Source: Octopus sinensis (taxonomy: Eukaryota). From it: 64,000 bases of DNA. The notes under the pieces are model-generated. The model saw only the letters and a list, made by a program, of their open reading frames with translations. It made no database searches and was not told the origin of the DNA. The position numbers were made by a program, and so were the translations under genes. Positions 11,961 through 27,381 of the stretch are shown in pieces (the stretch's first letter is position 1; each line of letters starts with the position of its first letter). The DNA is taken from assembly GCF_006345805.1 (NCBI RefSeq), contig NC_043002.1, forward strand, positions 17,050,001-17,114,000, read 5' to 3'.

Positions 11961-12359
11961 GCGGGAGTACCATGATAGTAGTAGGATGCTAAATGGTCAA
12001 GTGTCCTGAAAGGGACTTGTGGATAGCAGTAGTGATTGAATTTTTGAGAATGTTTTGAATTCTTTTGAACGTTTTGTTTATAAAATTTGCATAGGTATTC
12101 TTCTAAACAGCAATGGTGGTAAAGTTAGGAAGAAGGTGGCGGAGAGGAAGAAGACGGAGAAGAAGGAGGAGAAAGAGAAGGGAGAATAAGAAAGAATGTA
12201 GGTGGTAGGATAGTAGTACAATGTTAAATGGTCAAGTGACATAAAATTGGAACGTTATGGATTATAGCAGTGATTGGGACTGTTTATTCATGAATTCTTG
12301 GGAATTTCTTGAGTGTATCATTTTTAATATTTTCGTGTGTGTTTGTGTTATATTATGGC

Positions 12360-12849
12360 CGTGGTGGATGCGTTGAAAGGAGGCCCGTATTTTGTAATAA
12401 AGAGTCTCCTTACTAGTTCGTTGGTTACAGGTTGTATCGTCCCTGAATTGGTAGATTGGAATAATTCTGAAGCTTGGATTGTGTTATTGGCGTAAATGCC
12501 GATGTATAGACTGAATGCTATTTTTGGGTAATTTTTATCTGGGATCTGTGTAGAACAATCCTTTTACGTAGACCGCTCTTTGTTTGGCCTATGTATTGCT
12601 CGACAACCAGAGAGGTTTAGTGCGTATATCAGGCTCTCCGAAGAACATGTGAAGTTGCTTTCACTGAGAACTGTTGTCCCTGTTTGAAGGATAAGTCTGA
12701 TACCTCAATTAAATTGACGCATATCCCACAGCTGGATCTTCCAACTGATATCCGGTTGAATATTTTGATATTATTCTCCTTACTTCGAGCTCTGCGGATA
12801 ATAACAGACTGACTCGGTTCTAAAATTAACTACCTAATTCAGCTGAATC

Positions 12850-12850
<1 letters not shown>
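12360..12850 (-). mobile_element. Decayed Penelope-like element, GIY-YIG endonuclease region (Neptune-like)
   Basis: Joining frames on the minus strand gives SCGICVNLIE...FSVKA-FTCSSESLIYALNLSGC-QYIGQTKSGLRKRIVLH...FRIIPIYQF...RTSKE-LITKYGPPFN. Confidence 0.75.
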
Positions 12851-12899
<49 letters not shown>

Positions 12900-12907
12900 T
12901 ATATATA

Positions 12908-13237
12908 TATTTCGGAATGGTCATATTGCCAGTTTAGCCAATAAAAACACACGCACTATATAAAATGGCTGACGGTTAGTAAGGAGAGACACAAGTAAGT
13001 GAGAAGAAAACAAAGGACCACTGATGCGGTCACAGGAGTGTGACGAAAGAACTTTGTCCGAAATAAGATTAAGATTAATGTAAAAAATAAATATCACTGA
13101 AGCAAAATAACACCAAATAATAGTGCGTGTGTTTTTATTGGCTAAACTGGCAATATGACCATTCCGAAATATAACAATATCTGTTTCAACACACGACTTC
13201 ACATAAAACAACCTTGCACAACAAATATTTAAACGTA
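12908..13237 (+). mobile_element. Small fold-back element in (TA)n: 51-bp inverted repeats around a degenerate hammerhead-like motif
   Basis: 12908-12958 is the reverse complement of 13121-13171. 13015-13059 reads ggacca-ctgatgc-g-gtcaca-ggag-tgtgac-gaaa-gaactt-tgtcc. Confidence 0.65.
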
Positions 13238-13271
13238 TAATATATATATATATATATATAATATATATATA

Positions 13272-13307
<36 letters not shown>

Positions 13308-13379
13308 TGTGTGTGTGTGTGTGTGTGTTGTGTGTGTGTGTGTATGTGTATGTGTCTGTGTGTCTGTATGTGTAAAATC

Positions 13380-13410
<31 letters not shown>

Positions 13411-14034
13411 AAAAATGTGTATACATATATGCTCATGTATAATATGTGTAACGTGTGTATGGAAATATATTCGCATTTATCAGCTACTTGAAAACAAACA
13501 CTCATATGTGTGTGCGTTCGTGTGCGTTCGTGTGTGTTTGTGTATGTATATGTATATATCATATAAATAATTGTGAACAAATTTTAGGATTGTAAGCTCA
13601 TGTATATAGAATATGTTTATGGCCACGGCTATGTATACCTGCATATACGTGTGTGCATGTGTGTGTGTGCGAGTTTGGGTATGTACACATAGATGTTTGG
13701 TGGTTTAGTTGATGTTCTGTCTGAGCACATAGGAGTGGTTTTGATTAACATGAGGAATCGAGAGAGGATATCAGATGTTTTTTTTTGTTTTTTTCCAACC
13801 CATAAGAGATATATAAATGAAAGGAGTGAAGCGTCATGCTTAAATGATCATAGTTACGAAATTAATCACTTTTCATTGAACTGGAAAATGTTATTTCTAG
13901 CTATAATAAATGTGAAAAAAAAAAACAAGGGTAACTTATTTATAGACGTAAAAGCTATGAATATAAAGTGGGAAAATTGAAAATTATATATATTGAAAAA
14001 AACTACAATCTTCTGTTTATATCTAACCGAACAT

Positions 14035-14126
<92 letters not shown>

Positions 14127-14132
14127 ACATAC

Positions 14133-14163
<31 letters not shown>

Positions 14164-14164
14164 A

Positions 14165-14195
<31 letters not shown>

Positions 14196-14271
14196 ATGTA
14201 TATATGCATACATATATATATATATATATATATGTCTGTGTGTGTGTGTGTGTATATCCAAGCACACATAA

Positions 14272-14305
<34 letters not shown>

Positions 14306-16011
14306 ATATGCATGTGTGTATACATATATAATCTTTTGCAATCATTGCATTCATAATGCTTTGCCAAATGTTGAACAATATTTCTAGTTTAATATATATT
14401 CAATATATGTATATAGCCCCTGATATTCAGAATTATCTGACATTATTATTAAGTAAACACTTAAAAATTACCGCTTGTAATTACATACTTGGTCAAAAGT
14501 TAATACACACAAAAGCACTCCGTCGAGCACGGGCACATGCAGAAGCCCGCACGTGCACACACAGGCACGTGCTCCCCTTCACAAACATATACCCAGGCTC
14601 TTGCACATGATTCTGTTTGCACTCAGATCACCTAAATCTCTGCGTTTCATCACCTCAAATTATACATCACTAATCAGACTTTTTTTTGTTACTCTTTTAT
14701 TCATATATTCAAAAGACATATGTCTATCTCGCCTCCCTTTGTATATTTAAGATATATTTTGTTATTTGTGATCAATAATTCTCTGTCATGTTTGTTGTTT
14801 GATGCCATTGTGGCCAGAAGGGAAAATGTTCATATCTTTCTTAGTATGATATATGTTGGATCCGAAAGACGCTTATTTTCCTAGGTGATTTTAATCAATA
14901 AACAGGATTCATCACCGAAGAAATACGAAATTTAATCGATGGAAAATGCCTCCGGGTTAATTGCAATTCACACACACACACAGACACAAACACACACACA
15001 CATGCATACAGACACTAGCACACATACATATAAACACAGGGTGGGACACACATGTACGAATGCATATGACCGTCTTGTAACCTTTTTCATGTAGTTCTCA
15101 TTTTAGTATAGAAGAATCATTACAGTATATAACGAAGGTATCGTGGATGATTCCATTAATATATATGTTCAGCGTTTTACTTGTATATTCACAAATTTAT
15201 TCAAATAGAGAAAGGAGCCTCATCACTTCAGAGTAAACCTTATGGTTTCACCCACAATATCACTCTATTGATTTGAAAGTACATCTCTCTCTTTCCCTCT
15301 CTCTCTCACTGGATATGTCTGTGTTTGGCAGGTGGAGGGCTGGAGATAACATAACGTCTTACCCATTTTCCACCCTGAAAGTTTTACATATTAAAAGATT
15401 GCACCAGAATCAAATAAATTATATATAACTGAGTGTATATTAAAAGTATAATAATTTTTAGTATAAATGTCCCAACTGTTTATAATGTATTAGTCTGATT
15501 ACTAAATGCAAACGCTTTTAGTAACTCGCGCTTCGCTGAGGATATAATGTTACGTCTGACGACATTGTACTTCTCGCGAAGCAAACTGGTATATGCTTAT
15601 ATCTAGTACCAATATTTATGATTTAAAATACTAGACGTATCTGAATTATATATTTTATTTCATCCCATACATCCTAAGATATACAACAATAATTATGCAT
15701 TCTACATGGTACAAATGAGCGCGCTATTGTACAATGTAAAAGGCTGATTTCTGGTAATTTGCGATTGATTTACATATCTATATGCTACACATCATAATCT
15801 GAATACAGGATGAGGGCATATTTTCTGTGATGAATTGTGAAGTGGAGATGATACCATACCCTCGAGAGCAAACCGATTAAATATATAAAACTGCATATTT
15901 TACAATTTTTGAAGATTTTTCTGTAAAGGTTATTTAAAAACTATGAAAGCATATATATTTATATTAATAGACGTGCTTGTTTTTATACTCGTAATAGTGT
16001 ACGAAGTACTA

Positions 16012-16046
<35 letters not shown>

Positions 16047-16177
16047 TGGTGTACGCTTCAGTGTGTGTGTGCATACATGTACTCGCTCATATACACTTAC
16101 TAAAGATTTCATCCTTCACTCTCTCCCCATATCTACATATATATATACATATATAAGCATACACATACATAGAAACA

Positions 16178-16243
<66 letters not shown>

Positions 16244-16762
16244 ACACATTCATGCATGCTAATAAGTATACCTACTTACATGTGAACATATAGACATACC
16301 AATACGTATAGAAATATTTATAGACACGACTACAAATACATACATACATGTATGTGTGTAAGTGCGTATACGCGTCTGTGTGTTTGCGCATGTGTGTATC
16401 TTCGATCTTTTGATAACAGACACATTTCATTTCTCTTGAAATATATTGGATATATCGATCATTTTATTATGTTTCTCTGGAATATAAAACAAATTTATTC
16501 AAACATGTAAGTATGCCTTATGTTTTAAAAATAAATAAAATAACAAATGTTTTTTTTTTGTTTATTATTTTCATTCCGTCTGCTGAACACATAAAAACTG
16601 TAACCAGCCAGCCAGCCAACCAACCGTCTGACCAAAACTGAGAAGGAAACCTATCAAAACATCTCCATATGTATATACACACAAGCTCACCCACACAAGT
16701 ACATAAGCATTCCTACAGACATGTGTATCTTCATTTGTGTGTTTATATATCTATATATCTCT

Positions 16763-16830
<68 letters not shown>

Positions 16831-19288
16831 TTCTATTTGTTTCTCCATTTAACACGTCAGCAGCTTTAAGTAAGATGAAATCTGATAAATTCCTTTACTG
16901 TATATCGGCGATAACACTGAAATTTATTGTGCTTTGCAGAAACAATATGATAGATAGCTGACATCTGAAGTTTCCTCTTACATATTTTGTGAATGACGTC
17001 GTGAGCATTGCATGAATGATAAAGGATGGTAAAACGTATCACTGTCAATACGCATACGCACATCTGTTTCCTGATTTTAATACATAAATATTCCTCTCTA
17101 GAAAATTGTAACATCAGCACGATTTTCTCACTGATGCCCAACGTATTTCTTACACGTCTTCCCATGACGTATTGTAAAGAATGAAAATGTTTATATTGAT
17201 TAAATTAAATACATTTTAGTAGAATTTTTTTGTTTTATATATTGCAGCCTTGAATTTCTACCGACTTTGCAAAAAGCCTAACTTTCACTTTTACAAAAGA
17301 AATTTGTTTCTGACGGATTTTAATCAGTCTACGATGTATGTGATTGAAACTAAGCCTAAATGAGTTGTCCTGAAAGATACCTACATACCAACTAAATCTC
17401 CTTCATTTGAAATCTGTAGTATTTCCTCTGTACACATTGATCTGTAATAAAATGATTTATCATACTTTCTAGATGTTTCCTATAGCATATTTTATGTATG
17501 CATATGATATATTTATAAATGCATTCATTGTTTCAGTTCGCTAGAATTTGGAGAATAACATTACAAACGCATACTATTGAAATATTCCCTACATGAATGT
17601 AATATTTACCATTCTGCATTGTGATGCTAATTTTCGTGTTACCATATGACTTCAATTAACTTTAACCTAATTGAACTTTTGCCTAAGTGTTACCCTGATA
17701 TTTATTATTTTTTAGACAATGCATCCAACAATCTCAAAATTCATCTGTTTCAATGCAAATCATAATCAAATGATTTTTTTTTTAATTTTGCGCCTAAACC
17801 GAATAAGTCAAAAACTTAGAAGACGCCCTCATGATTACAAGTAAGATATATTATAACAGTGTGGATGTTGGTGCTTAGGTCTGGTTATCAATCATTTAGT
17901 TGCGAGGTGTAGACAAAACGCTAGAAGTAATATAATGCGTAAACAGAACGTCATACGTAATATACACTTGTAACAGCGTTCGGCATGTATGTTGAAGATA
18001 CCGATATTTCAGTAACATCACCGTTATAAGTCACTTTAAACAGCATAAGAAAGTGTTATTTAATACCAAGATCAAGATATCTGTGAAAGTGAAATTAGGA
18101 AATAATGTTCATCTTAAGAATGTTCTTTCGTTTCATCATACTGGGCTGACTATATTCTCTCGTTAAGAAAATCTTGAGTATAATTTCATAAGGTGTAAGC
18201 AAATAAATATTTGGCTATTACATTTTCCTTACAATAATACGCTGAGAGTTCGTACAGATAAATATCTAGAGAAGGACTGGGTTTAACACAAATCATTTAT
18301 TTACAGCAAGTCAAAATATTTACAATTAATTTATCACAACATAATAAATGATTGAAAATATTGCAATACATTATCATAAAGAAGAAAAAAACATGTTTTG
18401 AAATAATCTGTCGTGAGTAAGACGACAGGAAAAATTTTATTGTCTAGTTCATCAATATTACTCTAATATATGGTTTAGAAGGGCATGACATAAGGTCCTG
18501 AAGGATAAACAATGCGAAATAACATTGCCAGAATGAGTGACAAGGTCCCGTGTGGGAAACCAAATGTCACTGAATAACTTCCGAAACTTTCTTCATGGAA
18601 AATAAACTTTTCTTGAAGATTAGAATTGACATATAGACGGCAAAATTGACCAATGAAAAAGCCGAAGACATTTTAAAATAAAAGACACCCGACATGACTA
18701 TGATGTCATGCTGCTGCTAAAGTCTTCACCGCTACAATATTTTAAAAGCCTTCTAATAATAAATGCATCGTTGGTAAATTATATTAGTTGGTGGCAAATA
18801 GGTGCTTATTTTATTTATTTATCTTCGAAAATCGGTTGACAAGTGCATAAGCTAATATCACTAACGGCATATTAACAAGTAAATGATTATTATAACTTCG
18901 AGCTTCCTTCCTAGAAAATTCGTTGCAGAAATATATTTGTATTATATATGAATTAACAAGTATCATTTCTTATGAAAGAAACAGAGATTGGAGTAGTTCG
19001 TAAGGTGTATATATACACATTACGGAGCTTCTCCAATCGCTGATAGTTACTCTCCCACTCACATATATATGGCAATATATATACATACATATACAGAAAT
19101 ATACATTAGATATCTATAAGTACACATACACATATCAAACACATGGGGAGTTACGAAGTTATCACTAGCACTTATTGTCACCTAGCTCCTTTTCCTTCAG
19201 CAGTTTTAACACGATCAAATATATTATCTTCTGGAAAGGACTGAGAGACCTTTCAGATTAATGTCGCATTATTTTATACAAAATTTCA

Positions 19289-19354
<66 letters not shown>

Positions 19355-19371
19355 CATATATAAATATGTAT

Positions 19372-19424
<53 letters not shown>

Positions 19425-19431
19425 TATATAC

Positions 19432-19472
<41 letters not shown>

Positions 19473-19609
19473 TATATAAATATATATACATATATATACA
19501 TATATATATAATATATATATAAATATATATAATATATATATATATATAAATATATATATATATTATATATATAAATATATATATATATAAATATATATAT
19601 ATATTATAT

Positions 19610-19643
<34 letters not shown>

Positions 19644-19732
19644 AATATATATATGTATGTGTGTATATATATATATACATATATATACATACACAAACAT
19701 ATATATTCATACACACACAACGTACAAACACA

Positions 19733-19783
<51 letters not shown>

Positions 19784-20673
19784 GTATAAGAATGTTAAAT
19801 TGCATATGTGCGTGTGCGTGCTTGTGTGTAATTGGATTAAACAATTAAATATGAAAGTACAACTGCATTTAAAACCTGCCTTAATGAAACATTAAATGTC
19901 AGCGCAGCAGTGCATGATTTCGCATATCCACGATAGTGCGTACTCCCTCACGTTATGAAGGGGTATTTTGGGTACATTTTTATGGATTTCACAAGCCTAC
20001 AGGCAAACTGTTTTCATTTGCACAATGGAATGTTTTCATAGCAACCCCAAGAAAACCGATAAATAATAAAATACATAAATTCCAATAGAAAAAGAACATA
20101 ACAACTGTTAAAAGAAAAATGTTAAGCTAAATCTTCCTTAATTATCATACAATGCCATTTTATTTTCTCGGAAAATTTCTCGGAAATACCTGTTATATTC
20201 ATAGAGAATTGTGCATTGAAATATTACATAAATATGCAATGCTTCAAGCAGGTGACATCTGCTTTATAAATAGGAAAAGATCCCGCTAAGAATATTGTTT
20301 GTGTGTGTTTCTGTTCTATTACGTTCCATCATATTCTTTAAAGGCTTGTGATTTTGCAAAATACACGTTTTGTTTTTAGTATTCAAATTGAAGAAGATTA
20401 AGTGAAAAGTCAGCAATATGTTAACTCCTATTTATTAAATGTCATGTGTAATAAGCTTAAGCATATATGTCATTAACCTATGTATATATATATGTGTGTG
20501 TGTGAGTGTGTGAGTGTATGTGTGTGTGTATGTATGTATAAATATATATGTATATATATATATATAAATTTACATATATATGCATATATATATCTGTGTA
20601 TATGAATGATTATATATATATATACATAGAAACACTCATATATAAGAACATACATACATACATACTTTATTAA

Positions 20674-20727
<54 letters not shown>

Positions 20728-21211
20728 CATTATTATTATTATTATTATTATTAATCGTCCTAACGGAAAGAACGTGTTGGTCCGATCGTAAGTTTTTGTT
20801 CTAAATTTTTCTTGCCAAATGTTGTTAATTGCTTACTACGTTACTAAAAGTTAATCAAAAGCAACACCTATCGCATAGGCTGGTTGTTTTGGGTTGTTAT
20901 TGCCCCTAACAACTATTTCAAAATAATTTAAAAACAGAAAAAAAAAGCATGGCGAAGTTAGTCTTGTTCAAGGATATAAAAGCGTTGGTGAGATGTTTTT
21001 TTAGTAGAAAGGCACATGACTCCGTAGTGCCCTCGGCCCGATACACAAATAAAAAGTGTAGGCACATACAAACAGAAGGTGTAAATGCCCGTGCAGGAAA
21101 TTGCGAAGACGTCAAGCAATAGAAGTTGCAGCAAATTCAAGGAAATCAGATATTATGAAGCTGAATTCGCTACAATCAAATGGGATATTCCAACACAAAA
21201 GACAGCAGCAG

Positions 21212-21410
21212 TAGGAGTCGCAATGGCCCAGTGGTTAGGGCAGCGGACTCGCGGTCGGATATTCGCGTTTTCGATTCCCAGACTGACTGGGCATTGTGTG
21301 TATTTATTGAGCAAAAACACCTAAAGCTCCAAGAGGCTCCGCCAGGGGGAGGTGGCGACCCCTGTTGTACTCTTTCGCCCCAACTTTCTCTCACTCTTTC
21401 TTCCTGTTTC
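21212..21410 (+). mobile_element. SINE (gtggaggcgcaatggcccagtgg family), 5' part joined to another repeat
   Basis: Matches 22620-22788 and the reverse complement of 37380-37573. Confidence 0.8.
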
Positions 21411-22390
21411 TTGTTCTCGACTTCCTACGCAACCGCTGAGCCTAGATGCGCATTCATCCATCCGTTGATGCTCTCGGTGTCGGGGGTTGACCTGCTTTCT
21501 CTTCTGCGGGTCTTACGAATAGCAAAGGACCACGTTTCGGACGTCTCCCACTCTGGGACGAAGACCGCTTCGATCAACATTAACAGCAAGAGCAGCAGTA
21601 CCTCATAGCAGCAGTACCACGACTATAATTGACTCCGACACACCACCGGTGCTACAAGGAGTAAAATAAAGACAGCACATAGTAACAGTATCAGCACCCC
21701 AAACCCCGGGTGCTAGATCGGGTGTCCCGGAAATTATGGTTCCGCTGACGACTTTCACATCTATAGCTAGTCACGTGAGGTCGTTGAGCAGGAGGCCGTG
21801 CATCCAGGGCGATCCCAAGCCTACTCTTAAACTCACCGTGATGATCGGACAGAATTGGGAGAAGACATAAAAGGGCGTCTACTTACCCCTTGGGTGTCAC
21901 CGTAAGTCAGGTGGTTCAATGTCTATGCCTTGTTGGGTTTCCTCCAGGTAGCCCTTTAAAAAACCTGCTCGTGCCCTTTACATTAGGGAAGTTTTCACTA
22001 ATGCGTTTATATGCCTCTAAGCGTTCGCACCAACACACCTCTCTTTTTGGTTATTGTTGATGCTTTTGGTGACCTGATGTTGGCAGTAAGGGAGTTCTTC
22101 AGCTGATGCCCTGATCATATCTTCTTTATTCTATATGAAATCCATTGCAGAGAACTCAGTATTTAACAATCGAAATGTGTAGAGTTTTGTGGTTTTCTTG
22201 AACGATTCTAAATATTCCATAACATTCTCTGTATTTATCCTACTCATGATTTCAGCAGAATACTCGTAAGCTTGGATTTTAAATCCCTATTCATTTATAT
22301 TTGTATGGGTGTGTGTGTGTGTGTATGTGTGTGTGTATGTGTGTGTATGTGTGTGTGTACATACACACTATATTAGATCATTATATTATG

Positions 22391-22602
22391 ACGGCGAGCT
22401 GGCAGAATCGATGGCAGGCTGAAGGAAATGCTTAGCAGTATTTCACCCGTGAGAATGTTCTGAGTTCAAATTCTGCCGAAGTCGACTTTGTATTTTATAC
22501 ATTCGGGATCGATGAGATAATTACCTGTTGAGTACTGGGGCACAATGTCATCGACTATGACCCTTCCCAAAATGTCAGGCCTTGAGTCTATAGTAGCAAG
22601 GA
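22391..22602 (+). mobile_element. SINE (ggcggcgagctggcagaa family), diverged
   Basis: Homology to 11141-11374 and 33362-33742. Confidence 0.75.
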
Positions 22603-22619
22603 TTATATTACATTATATT

Positions 22620-22788
22620 GTGGAGGCGCAATGGCCCAGTGGTTAGGGCAGCGGACTCGCGGTCGTAGGATCGTGGTTTCGATTCCCAGACCGGGCGTTG
22701 TGAGTGTTTATTGAGCGAAAACACCTAAAGCTCCACTAGGAAAACACCTAAAGCTCCCTCATCGTCGTAACCGACGGAGTGCTTCCAC
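22620..22788 (+). mobile_element. Internally deleted SINE with 13-bp TSD
   Basis: TSD attacattatatt at 22607-22619 and 22789-22801. Both ends match the full copy at 37187-37573. Confidence 0.85.
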
Positions 22789-25700
22789 ATTACATTATAT
22801 TATATTCCATCACATATTATATATTTATAGCAAGCCAGTGCGATAGAAAACCTTGTGAAATTCTAAAGAATGTGACGTATCTCGAATAATTTTAGAATTT
22901 AGCCACGTGTCTGTCAGTTATGCTATTATCCGTCTCCTTTGTTTGCTGTGGACTATATTACAAATAGTAGTAATTTAACTGTTGTTTCAATGGAGGTTTG
23001 AAAATTATATGTCTTCACGCGAGACACAACTCTGCTACATTGGCTGTCTACAACTCATCGACAATTTGACATTAAACCGGCGCCATCTCGATATAAACAG
23101 CTCCGTCTCTTCCGGGAGTGTCAGTGACATTGGTTATTTCAGCTGTCTACACAAATATATTATCGTTAAAATAAATAAAAGCTATTTAGCGATATCGCTA
23201 TTTTTGTGGAGTTCATAGTATTTAGTAATTGTATAATATAGAAACTCAACGGTGATTCAGGAAATAATATGATGGTATCACAAAAAGCAAACGTAAAAGC
23301 TATCAGGCGCACAAACTGGAAAGAAGGAAAAAAAAAGCAATATGAACATTTACCAAAGAATCCAATATTTTGTTTTTAATTCTGCAATAATAATAAAATG
23401 TAATCGTTATCAAAATGAACACAGACTAAAGTGTCGTAATATTAGATAATGAAATTGCTTGAGATCAGTTCAGTATGTGAGTTGAAATACAAACAGCATC
23501 TGTGGTACAAACAATTGATACACTCTTCGCCATTAATTTAATTTTTTTTTTCCTTGCGTGGGTTTTTAGAAAAATAGTATGAACAGTCACAAGAATGGCA
23601 AAAGACAAAAGAAAAAACTACACAACGAAGTAAAAAGAAATATAGAGAATATAAATACCCATTATCAACGTTTCGAAGTGTGTAAAACAATAAAGTTTTA
23701 AAGACATAGAATAACTCACGCATTGTGGTATTAATTACAGATTATGCAAGTCCATTCTAATATGTTTTACGATCGCAAGACGGTTTATGCGTTCATGAAT
23801 TTGGACAAATTTACAATTGTCAGCGGTTGTCAGGTGTGATAAACTATAAAAAGAAAATATGAGAAGATATTCTGTGTTTTTTAATTATTTCATTGAGCGT
23901 TTTTATTTTTTATTGATTCAATAGCTTATTAGTTAATCATCTAAGGGTTCACTGGCTCGAATAACATACGTTTGTTTCTGCTCCATGACATTGAATTCCA
24001 TAGATGACATTATTAAATAGATCTTGGAAACATGACTTTATTCAACTGTTAATAAATGCTAATATTAAGGAATTAGCGGGTTGTATATAGATTGGTTCAC
24101 ATTAATCCCGTATATAAAGTACCTAATCGCCAACTCTGATATTTGGAAATTATAGAAACACATTAGATTGTTAGATTTCCTCGCAGTTTTTTTTTTTTCT
24201 TTAAGAATACTATTTATTTTATTTCAGAGCGAATATTCAAAAAGGTCGTCGATATATGGTATAATATCTAGTTATCGCTACACATATCAAGATGAGGTAA
24301 ACTCAATGCAAGAATATAAATATAAAACCTTACAAATATTGGCTTTGAGTATAATGTGCTTATAACTATTCTTTATTCTCATTGCTTTTATTATTTAAGC
24401 TTATATCATTAACCCTTTACACATGCAAACATTTGTTATTTTAGGATATATTGAACAGCATTATGTACAGTGATCTTTGACTGTTAAAAAGTAGAGGGAG
24501 AATTGTCTACTGAGTTCAGCGTGTCAAACAATATAACAAGGGCAATTTCTGTTTTGCTATTGCTTATATAATAGCTTTCATTGTCAATTAATGCTTTTAG
24601 TTATGTTTCTATTAGTTTCGTTATGTGATATGAATTATAGATTTCATTTGTATATTGTTTTACTCAACTATTTGCGTCTTCGTGAATAATAGGTAATTTA
24701 ACACAAATAGTATATTTCAGCAGCGTGCATCAGAGCATTTATCAGTCAAACGTTAAGGTTCTTTCAAGTGGTTGCTTGGCCAGATAACTACAACAGAGAA
24801 ATGCCACATAAATGAAGCATTTAACGTATGGTTCAAGACGTTTCAGCAACACCATACTCCGTATTTTCCAACTAATCACCTCTTTTAAAAAGAAGTAAGA
24901 CGGTTTCTGTTTCGCTGCTGTTTTTATTACGATTGCAGTCATGTAATAGAGATCTATTTCTCACTCGCCTATGTTGTTATTGAATGGAAAAGCTTAGTTC
25001 TCAGTCTGCTCATTGAGGTATGTTTCACATCGTTTTTTACATTAAAAAATTACATGGAACCGTTAATATACAATTTCCAGTAAGACGAAATATTGTCTCG
25101 AAATAATATCTTCATATATCGTATCATATGATTATACTGGAAACCTTGTATGATTAAGATTATTATAGAAAATATATTCTTAAGCATGAGGATGAGCTTA
25201 ATAGTACTGATTATTTAAAATTAGTCAGAAAGCAGGTGAACATTTAGAAAATCCCATAATAGCGAGTGGCTCAAAATCGCGCTACAAAACAATTGGCATT
25301 TCAATTATATTGCGTTATTATGTTTGTTATTCATTTTGTTCGTGTACGAAGTACGTGTGTATTCATCATTATTTTATTTATTCTATTCAATTTTAGAAAC
25401 ATTCAAGCATGCCTTTGACAATTACGGAACGTATAGATTTTAGTTTCTGCGTGCATGATTTTGGCCCAACCTGAAGGATATATATACAAGTAAAGTAAAG
25501 AAACATATATATACAAGTAAACAAATAGAAATAGAATCAAAGCGATTTTTTTTTTATATTTGAATTAAATATATATTTCTATATCATCATCACTCATGAT
25601 TGGAGGAAGTAAAAAAAAAAGCTTACGATTTGAGCTAAAAAAAAAACAAAACAAGAACGTCAATTGTTTAACAGCTAATAGAAAATGCTCATACATAATT

Positions 25701-26781
25701 CATATATCCGAAAGCCATGTTGTGACAGCTTCAATAGGTTATATCTTTCAAATGCGACGTTGTACTTACAGTTCGTACGCGTGTTCCATTAGTTGTTTTT
25801 GTAGTTGCATTCTTCTATGACGCTGCTCTTTCGGTTGTTGCAATTCATTTCGGTTTTATTGATGATAGTTTCTTAGATACGTTGTTTTCTTTCAGATCAC
25901 ATTAATGGTATTTGTAGTTTTGTATTTGTATCATTAGACTAGTCGTTTCGTATCAGACTTGAGCGCTAAATACTGTAATAATTTTGTTTTTCTTATTTGT
26001 TTCCTTTTGTTTAATGTGATTTATTTGTTGTTTGAGATTTGTATATCTTTTGGCGTGATATCTATTTTATTCAACCATTTTGACTTTAATGACGGACACT
26101 TATATTCATTTTATCTAATAAAAATAAACAAATGAAAAGTAAACTTGCAATAATTGAGATAAACATATCATAAAGATTCTTTGAATTTCAAAGAAACTAT
26201 TCCCATTTGTCATCGGAATGTGACTCTATTGAACACTAATTGGGTTCAACTGTCAAATATTAGTTTTCAGTCTTGTTTTGTATTTTTTCTCGTTTGTCTA
26301 CTTTCATTGTTAATATATTTTTCAATTACTTTTCTCTCCGTATGTGATTAAAACTAATAGCGATACTAATACACACGAGATCGTCCACACGCAATTATAC
26401 ACACCAATATACACACGCATGCAAACGCACATACATATATTTATATTATAAACACACATGCATATATACATATATACATATGTTGAGAAAAAGGAGGCAG
26501 TCAGAATTTTCGGTAAGTCTTTATTAGAACATTCATTTGTTTAACCGAACACTTCAAGACCAAATTTAAAAACAATATGATCATTTTGGTTTTAATTTTT
26601 CTCTTGAAGATTTCGTTTAAACGAATGGAAGCACCAATAAAAATTACCCAAATTTGTGACTGCCTTGTTCTTATCAATATAAAATATCTGCACACCACTT
26701 CAAACACCCTATACATACATGCACACATACATAAATACATACAAAACATATACATACATATATATATACAAATCTTTCTTT

Positions 26782-26989
26782 TCTTTTACTCTTTTACTTG
26801 TTTCAGTCATTTGAATGTGGCCATACTTGAGGACCGCCTTTTGTGGAGCAAATCGACCCCAAGACTTATTCTTTGTAAGCCTAGTACTTATTCTATCGGT
26901 ATCTTTTGTTAAACCGCTAAGTTACGGGGACGTAAAGATACCAGCATCGGTTGTCAAGCGATGTTGGGGAGACAAACACAGATACACAA

Positions 26990-27028
<39 letters not shown>

Positions 27029-27203
27029 CATATACATATATACGACGGGCTTCTTTCAGTATCCGTCTACCAAATCCACTCACAAGTCTTTGGTCGGCCC
27101 GAAGCTATAGTAGAAGAAACTTGCTCAAGGTGCCACGCAGTGGGACTGAACCCGGAACCATGTGGTTCGTATGCAAGCTACATACCGCACAGGCACTCCT
27201 ACG

Positions 27204-27206
<3 letters not shown>
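26782..27206 (-). mobile_element. SINE of the 6413-6840 family
   Basis: Reverse-complement homology along the whole length, with an internal microsatellite. Confidence 0.85.
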
Positions 27207-27255
<49 letters not shown>

Positions 27256-27303
27256 TATATATAATTGATCAAAATAAAATAAAAACATGATGCGAAGGAT
27301 TCA

Positions 27304-27381
27304 GCGGTACATATGTTTCGGGCCTTTATTAGACAGATTTATAACAATGCATAATGTATGTCTGTGGCCTTCTTCAGCCGC
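27304..27381 (-). ncRNA. Type I hammerhead ribozyme (inverted copy of 31595-31672)
   Basis: Reverse complement of the motif at 31595-31672. Confidence 0.75.

Noticed and set aside
21515-21575. Minus-strand gtcc-gaaac-gtg-gtc as a hammerhead 3' half
   Set aside because: No CUGANGA-like 5' half upstream.
21690-21980. GC-richer island, possibly a LINE 5' UTR with an HDV-like ribozyme
   Set aside because: I could not assign the nested double pseudoknot by eye.
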